Shown here in pieces: positions 29,801 through 38,800 of a stretch of DNA of 64,000 bases; the first letter of the stretch is position 1, and each line of letters starts with the position of its first letter. Source of the stretch: Mustelus asterias (lineage: Eukaryota); assembly GCF_964213995.1 (NCBI RefSeq), contig NC_135809.1:109244001-109308000 (forward strand), given 5' to 3'. The notes beneath the pieces are model-generated. The model searched no databases, had not been told where the DNA came from, and was given only the letters and a program-made list of their open reading frames with translations. The position numbers and the translations under genes were made by a program.

Positions 29801-32800
29801 CCTATCCAATAACCGCTTAAATGTTCCTAAAGTGTCTGACTCCACTATCACTGCAGGCAGTCCATTCCACACCCCAACCACTCTCTGCGTGAAGAACCTA
29901 CCTCTGATATCCTTCCTATATCTCCCACCATGAACCCTATAGTTATGCCCCCTTGTAATAGCTCCATCCACCCGAGGAAATAGTCTTTGAACGTTCACTC
30001 GATCTATCCCCTTCATCATTTTATAAACCTCTATTAAGTCTCCCCTCAATCTCCTCCGCTCCAGAGAGAACAGCCCCAGCTCCCTCAACCTTTCCTCATA
30101 AGACCGACACTCCAAACCAGGCAGCATCCTGGTAAATCTCCTCTGCACTCTTTCCAGCGCTTCCACATCCTTCTTATAGTGAGGTGACCAGAACTGCACG
30201 CAATATTCCAAATGCGGTCTCACCAAGGTCCTGTACAGTTGCAGCATAACCCCACGGCTCTTAAACTCCAACCCCCTGTTAATAAAAGCTAACACACTAT
30301 ATGTCTTCTTCACAGCTCTATCCACTTGAGTGGCAACCTTTAGAGATCTGTGGATATGGACCCCAAGATCTCTCTGTTCCTCCACAGTCTTCAGAACCCT
30401 ACCTTTGACCCTGTAATCCACATTTAAATTTGCCCTACCAAAATGAATCACCTCACATTTATCAGGGTTAAACTCCATTTGCCATTTTTCAGCCCAGCTT
30501 TGCATCCTATCTATGTCTCTTTGCAGCCTACAACAGCCCTCCACCTCATCCACTACTCCACCAATCTTGGTGTCATCAGCAAATTTACTGATCCACCCTT
30601 CAGCCCCCTCCTCTAAGTCATTAATAAAAATCACAAAGAGCAGAGGACCAAGCACCGATCCCTGCGGCACTCCGCTAGCAACCTGCCTCCAGTCCGAAAA
30701 TTTTCCATCCACCACCACCCTCTGTCTTCGATCAGATAGCCAGTTACCTATCCAATCGGCCAACTTTCCCTCTATCCCACACCTCCTTACTTTCATCATA
30801 AGCCGACCATGGGGGACCTTATCAAACGCCTTACTAAAATCCATGTATATGACATCAACCGCCCTACCTTCATCAACACACCTAGTTACCTCCTCAAAAA
30901 ATTCTATCAAATTTGTGAGGCACGATTTGCCCTTCACAAATCCGTGCTGACTATCCCGGATTAATCCGCATCTTTCTAAATGGTCGTAAATCCCATCCCT
31001 AAGGACCTTTTCCATCAATTTACCAACCACCGAAGTCAGACTAACCGGTCTATAATTACCAGGGTCATTTCTATTCCCTTTCTTAAACAGAGGAACAACA
31101 TTTGCCACTCTCCAGTCCTCTGGCACCATCCCCGTGGACAGTGAGGACCCAAAGATCAAAGCCAAAGGCTCTGCAATCTCATCCCTCGCCTCCCAAAGAA
31201 TCCTAGGATACATTTCATCAGGCCCAGGGGACTTATCGACCTTCAGTTTATTCAAAACTGCCAATACATCCTCCCTCCGAACATCTATTTCCTCCAGCCT
31301 ATTAGCCTGTAACACCTTCTCTTCCTGAAAAACATGGCCCCTCTCCTTGGTGAACACTGAAGAAAAGTATTCATTCATCACCTCGCCTATCTCTACTGAT
31401 TCCATACACAAGTTCCCACCACTGTCCTTGACCGGTCCTAACCTCACCCTGGTCATTCTTTTATTCCTCACATAAGAGTAAAAAGCCTTGGGGTTTTCCT
31501 TGATCCGACCCGCCAAGGACTTCTCATGTTCCCTCCTAGCTCTCCTCGGCCCCTTTTTCAGCTCATTCCTTGCTAACTTGTAACCCTCAATCGACCCATC
31601 TGAACCTTGTTTCCTCATCCCTACATAAGCTTCCCTCTTCCTTTTCACAAGACATTCCACCTCTTTTGTGAACCACGGTTCCCTCACTCGGCCATTTCCT
31701 CCCTGCCTGACAGGGACATACCTATCAAGGACACCCAGTATTTGTTCCTTGAAAAAGTTCCACTTTTCATCAGTGCCTTTCCCTGACAGTATCTGTTCCC
31801 ATCTTATGCCCCCTAATTCTTGCCTAATCGCATCATAATTACCTCTCCCCCAATTGTAAGCCTTGCCCTGCCGTCCGGCCCTATCCCTCTCCATTGCAAT
31901 AACAAAAGACACCGAATTGTGGTCACTATCTCCAAAGTTCTCTCCCACAACCAAATCTAACACTTGGCCCGGTTCATTTCCCAGTACCAAATCCAATGTG
32001 GCCTCATCTCTTGTCGGCCTATCCACATATTGTGTCAGGAAACCCTCCTGCACACACTGCACAAAAACTGCCCCATCCGAACTATTTGACCTACAAAGGC
32101 TCCAATCAATATTTGGAAAGTTAAAGTCCCCCATGACAACTACTCTGTGACCCCCACACGTATCCATAATCTGCTTAGCAATTTCTTCCTCCACATCTCT
32201 ATTACTATTTGGGGGCCTATAGTAAACTCCTAACAACGTGACCGCTCCTTTCCTGTTTCTAACTGCAGCCCATATTACCTCAGTGTGCATATCCCCCTCA
32301 AAGTGCTTTTCCGCAGCCGTTAAACTATCCTTGATTAACAATGCTACTCCTCCACCTCTTTTACCAGCTTCCCTACACTTAGTGAAACGTCTATACCCCG
32401 GAACGTCCAACAACCATTCCTGTCCTTGTTCTACCCACGTCTCCGTAATGGCCACAACATCGTAGTCCCAAGTAGCAATCCACGCCCCAAGTTCATCCAC
32501 CTTGTTCCGGATGCTCCTTGCATTGAAGTAGACACACTTCAACCCACCTTCCTGTCTACCGGTACCCACCCTTGACCTTGATACCTTCCCCAATACCTCA
32601 CCACCCTCAACACTGACTTCCGGACTCCAACTCCTTTTCCCACTCCCCTGACAAATTAGTTTAAATCCCCCTGAAGAGCCGTAGCAAATTTCCCTCCCAG
32701 GATATTGGTGCCCCTCTGGTTCAGGTGCACCCCGTCCTGTTTGTAGAGGTCCCACCTTCCCCAGAACGTGTTCCAATTATCCACGTATCTGAAACCCTCC

Positions 32801-35800
32801 CTCCTGCACCATCCCTGCAACCACATGTTTAAGTGCACTCTCTCCCTGTTCCTCAACTCGCTATCACGTGGCACCGGCAACGTACCAGAGATGACCACAT
32901 GTTTTGTCTTTGCTCTCAGCTTCCAGCCCAGCTCCCGAAATTCCTGTTTTAAATCCCCGTCCCTTCTCCTACCTATGTCGTTGGTACCAATGTGTACCAC
33001 GACTTGTGACTGTTTCCCCTCCCCCTTAAGAATCCGGAAAACACGGTCCGAGACGTCACGGACCCTGGCATCCGGTAGGCAACAAACCATCCTCGAGTCT
33101 CTTTTGCTGCCACAGAACCTCCTATCTATCCCTCTAACTAACGAGTCCCCAATAACTATTGCCCTCCCGCTCTCCTCCTTACCCTCCTTACCCTCCAAAG
33201 TACTCCACCAGATCAGTGCTATTTTCAAAAGAACCTTTTCTGTACCTATGTAAGTTGTACATTCACAGAAGATATTACAATAATTCTGATGGTAACCTTT
33301 GAGCAAGTTCATGTGATCTTAACTTTAATAAATTTGTGTATAATTCAAACTAGAAGAAAAGATTAATTCATTTGCTTCAAGAGCTAAACATTCATGCCCA
33401 TTTTTGTTTGTTTTTCAGCTCATTCTCCTGCCTTGTCTTCTATTAAAGTTGATCCAACACACCCTGAAGCTGGTCAGCTTGTAACATTCAGTATCTCACT
33501 GGCAAGCTATGCTCCTGAAGCTGTCCAAATGAAGTGGTTTAAAAATGGGAAATCTTGTTCAGGACTAGTTAACACTCGCCCTGTGATTGCTGATGATGGT
33601 CTCTTTTCATCAGTCGCAAGCATACAATTTATGGCGAATGAGAATGATCATGAGAGTTTGATCAGATGCGAAGTGCTTCACATAGCAACAAACGAAATTC
33701 AAGATAAAAATTTCAAATTACTCCTTAAAGGTGAGTGTTGTTTCATGGGATCGAATTCATAGAACATAGAACAGTACAGCACAGAACAGGCCCTTCGGCC
33801 CACGATGTTGTGCCGAGCTTTATCTGAAACCAAGATCAAGCTATCCCACTCCCTCTCATCCTGGTGTGCTCCATGTGCCTATCCAATAACCGCTTAAATG
33901 TTCCTAAAGTGTCTGACTCCACTATCACTGCAGGTAGTCCATTCCACACCCCAACTACTCTCTGCGTAAAGAACCTACCTCTGATATCCTTCCTGTATCT
34001 CCCACCACGAACCCTACAGTTATGCCCCCTTGTAATAGCTCCATCCACCCGAGGAAATAGTCTTGAACGTTCACTCTATCTATCCCCTTCATCATTTTAT
34101 AAACCTCTATATTAAGTCTCCCCTCAGCCTCCTCCGCTCCAGAGAGAACAGCCCTAGCTCCCTCAACCTTTCCTCATAAGACCTACCCTCCAAACCAGGC
34201 AACATCCTGGTAAATCTCCTCTGCACTCTTTCCAGCGCTTCCACATCCTTCTTATAGTGAGGTGACCAGAACTGCACACAATATTCCAAATGTGGTCTCA
34301 CCAAGGTCCTGTACAGTTGCAGCATAACCCCACGGCACTTAAACTCCAACCCCCTGTTAATAAAAGCTAACACACTATAGGCCTTCTTCACAGCTCTATC
34401 CACTTGAGTGGCAACCTTTAGAGATCTGTGGATATGGACCCCAAGATCTCTCTGTTCCTCCACAGTCTTCAGAACCCTACCTTTGACCCTGTAATCCACA
34501 TTTAAATTAGTCCTACCAAAATGAATCACCTCACATTTATCAGGGTTAAACTCCATTTGCCATTTTTCAGCCCAGCTTTGCATCCTATCTATGTCTCTTT
34601 GCAGCCTACAACAGCCCTCCACCTCATCCACTACTCCACCAATCTTGGTGTCATCAGCAAATTTACTGATCCACCCTTCAGCCCCCTCCTCTAAGTCATT
34701 AATAAAAATCACAAAGAGCAGAGGACCAAGCACTGATCCCTGCGGCACTCCGCTAGCAACCTGCCTCCAATCCGAAAATTTTCCATCGACCACCACTCTC
34801 TGTCTTCGATCAGACAGCCAGTTACCTATCCAATCGGCCAACTTTCCCTCTATCCCACACCTCCTCAGTTTCATCATAAGCCGACCATGGGGGACCTTAT
34901 CAAACGCCTTACTAAAATCCATGATTATGACATCAACTGCCCTACCTTCATCAACACACTTAGTTACCTCCTCAAAAAATTCTATCAAATTTGTGATGCA
35001 CGACTTGCCCTTCACGAATCCGTGCTGACTATCCCAGATTAATCCGCATCTTTCTAAATGGTCGTAAATCCCATCTCTAAGGACCTTTTCCATCAATTTA
35101 CCAACCACCGAAGTAAGACTAACCGGTCTATAATTACCAGGGTCATTTCTATTCCCTTTCTTAAACAGAGGAACAACATTCGCCATTCTCCAGTCCTCTG
35201 GCACCATCCCCGTGGACAGCGAGGACCCAAAGATCAAAGCCAAAGGCTCTGCAATCTCATCCCTTGCCTCCCAAAGAATCCTAGGATACATTTCATCAGG
35301 CCCAGGGTACTTATCGACCTTCAGTTTATTCAAAACTGCCAGGACATCCTCCCTCCGAACATCTATTTCCTCCAGCCTATTAGCCTGTAACACCTTCTCT
35401 TCCTGAAAAACATGGCCCCTCTCCTTGGTGAACACTGAAGAAAAGTATTCATTCATCACCTCGCCTATCTCTACTGACTCCATACACAAGTTCCCACTAC
35501 TGTCCTTGACCGGCCCTAACCTCACCCTGGTCATTCTTTTATTCCTCACATAAGAGTAAAAAGCCTTGGGGTTTTCCTTGATCCGACCCGCCAAGGACTT
35601 CTCATGTCCCCTCCTAGCTCTCCTCAGCCCCTTTTTCAGCTCATTCCTTGCTAACTTGTAACCCTCAATCGAGCCATCTGAACCTTGTTTCCTCATCCCT
35701 ACATAAGCTTCCCTCTTCCTTTTCACAAGACATTCCACCTCTTTCGTGAACCATGGTTCCCTCACTCGGCCATTTCCTCCCTGCCTGACAGGGACATACC

Positions 35801-38800
35801 TATCAAGGACTTCCAGTATTTGTTCCTTGAAAAAGTTCCACTTTTCATTAGTTCCTTTCCCTGCCAGTTTCTGTTCCCAACTTATGCCCCCTAATTCTTG
35901 CCTAATCGCATCATAATTACCTCCCCCCCCCAATTGTAAATCTTGCCCTGCCGTACGGCCCTATCCCACTCCATTGCAATAACAAAAGACACCGAATTGT
36001 GGTCACTATCTCCAAAGTGCTCTCCCACAACCAAATCTAACACTTGGCCCGGTTCATTTCCCAGTACCAAATCCAATGTGGCCTCATCTCTTGTCGGCCT
36101 ATCCACATATTGTGTCAGGAAACCCTCCTGCACACACTGCACAAAAACTGCCCCATCCGAACTATTTGACCTACAAAGGCTCCAATCAATATTTGGAAAG
36201 TTAAAGTCCCCCTGTGACCCCCACACATATCCATAATCTGCTTAGCAATTTCTTCCTCCACATCTCGATTACTATTTGGGGGCCTATAGTAAACTCCTAA
36301 CAACGTGACCGCTCCTTTCCTATTTCTAACCTCAGCCCATATTACCTCAGTGTGCAGATCCCCCTCGAAGTGCCTTTCCGCAGCCGTTAAACTATCCTTG
36401 ATTAACAATGCCACTCCTCCACCTCTTTTACCAGCTTCCCTACACTTAGTGAAACGTCTATACCCCGGAACGTCCAACAACCATTCCTGTCCTTGTTCTA
36501 CCCACGTCTCCGTAATGGCCACAACATCGTAGTCCCAAGTACCAAACCACGCCCCAAGTTCATCTACCTTGTTCCGGATGCTCCTTGCATTGAAGTGGAC
36601 ACACTTCAACCCACCTTCCTGTCTACCGGTACCCACCCTTGACCCTGATACCTTCCCCAATACCTCACCACTCTCACTGACTTCTAGACTACAACTCCTT
36701 TTCCCACTCCCCTGACTTATTAGTTTAAACCCCCCTGAAGAGCCGTAACAAATTTCCCTCCTAGGATATTGGTGCCCCTCTGGTTCAGGTGCACCCCGTC
36801 CTGTTTGTACAGGTCCCACCTTCCCCAGAATGTGTTCCAATTATCCACGTATCTGAAACCCTCCCTCCTACACCATCCCTGCAACCACATGTTTAACTGC
36901 ACTCTCTCCCTGTTCCTCAACTCGCTATCACGTGGCACCGGCAACGTACCAGAGATGACCACATGTTTTGTCTTGGCTCTCAGCTTCCAGCCCAGGTCCA
37001 GAAATTCCTGCTTTAAATCCCCATCCCTTCTCTTACCTATGTCATTGGTACCAATGTGTACCACGACTTGTGACTGTTTCCCCTCCCCCTTCAGAATCCG
37101 GAAAACACGGTCTGAGACGTCACGGACCTTGGCATCCGGTAGGCAACATACCATCCGTGAGTCTCTTTTGCTGCCACAGAACCTTCTATCTATCCCTCTA
37201 ACTAACGAGTCCCCAATAACTATTGCCCTCCCGCTCTGCCCCTTACCCTCCTGAGCCACAGAGACGGACACAGTGCTGGAGATCCTCTCACTGCGGCTCA
37301 CCACTGGTATGTCATCCCCCTCAACCGTATCCAAAGCGGAATACTTGTTGCTAAGGGGAACGACCACAGGGGATCCCTGCACTGACTGCTTCCTCCCAGC
37401 CCCTCTCACCGTCACCCATCTGTTTTCATCTGAATTCGGAATAAAGCATTTCATTACAATTGCTATAATTGCAATATTGATGGTTTTGTTGAACTCGGAG
37501 GTACTCATTTGCATGTTTATTTGACATTGAAACTTCATATTGGATAAACATTTTTTTTACGACTGGGAATAGTTAATTTTTGGTAAATTCAGTTTCTTTC
37601 AATACTATTGAATGAGTTACTTAATACTCTTAACATTGGTCAAATGAAATAAACATTTCCATGTATTTAACCAAGTTTCTCTGTTAAGGTATTGGCAGTG
37701 AAGATGCAGTTTATGAAATCCAAGGAAATGATGAAGGTAAAGTATTCACTTTGAGAAGTTCCTGTTTTGTGCATGTTTGTTGTAATCCATAATGGATCAG
37801 TGTAGCATTTCAGGTTACTATACAGAATAAACCAGATATTCCTTTTTAGATCTGCTTTCGGTTGTGGTAGAAGTATAAGGCAGTTAATGACATGATGACA
37901 TTCTGCATCCTATTTTCCATCATTACTGCCTGATTTACAGAGTTGTAAAGATGCTCATTGAGGGTTGCTGAGCAAAAGACAAAAAAAACACATTTAAAGA
38001 ACCAAACACAAATATGATTAAAGCTTTGCAAAATCCTTATTTCTTCAGTAATTTAGTATTTTTGTTTGCCGTTCCTAATGATTCATTCTCTGCCATTTGC
38101 CTTCAGACAAGACAGGACATACATTTCTAATTCGTATGCTCCCTGGAAGGGAAGGGAAGGGAAGGGAAATCAGGCTGGTGAGATTGCGCTGGAAGCTCTT
38201 GACATCTACCCATTAGTAGCCCACACTTGAGGATTTATTGGAGCAGCAGCCTAGGCATGTGGATAAAATAGAGCTCAGCGATTTCCTAGCTGCAGAGCAT
38301 ATTTCTGCCACATTAAGATAAAACTGCCACATCTGGTCATTGCACAAACTTTTCCCCGAGTGCATCAACTAATAGTTTTTCTTCATCCTATCTAATCAAA
38401 TCCAATTTCAACACATCTTTAGTGCAACCATATTTTTAATCAAAATGTGAATAGTGTGTGTGCACATAGCTCGTGATTTTCTTAGGTGCCTTCTAATTGA
38501 CAAGATGATATGAGTTGACTGGATCTTGTGCCATTTCCTCAAGGCAGGAGAGGTGGACCTACTGTTGGCTGCTGAGAGCCTGCACTCTTTCCTTCCTTAT
38601 GCTGGCAACTGGGGCTATCTTTGCGCATAAAAATGATTACAGTGAGATAAACAAAGAGCCATGAGACATTCCTCCTCAGTCTGACACACAGTCTACGGTG
38701 ACAGCTGGAAAAACTTTGAACGAACTGCTGACTATTCTCGTGGCCTCCGATGGGTTGTCCCCTATTCAAACGTTCGAAGGTGGATTACAGTGCACAGAGT

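Noticed and set aside
30513-37254. Plus-strand ORFs overlapping the CR1 copies
   Set aside because: Antisense shadows of CR1 coding sequence
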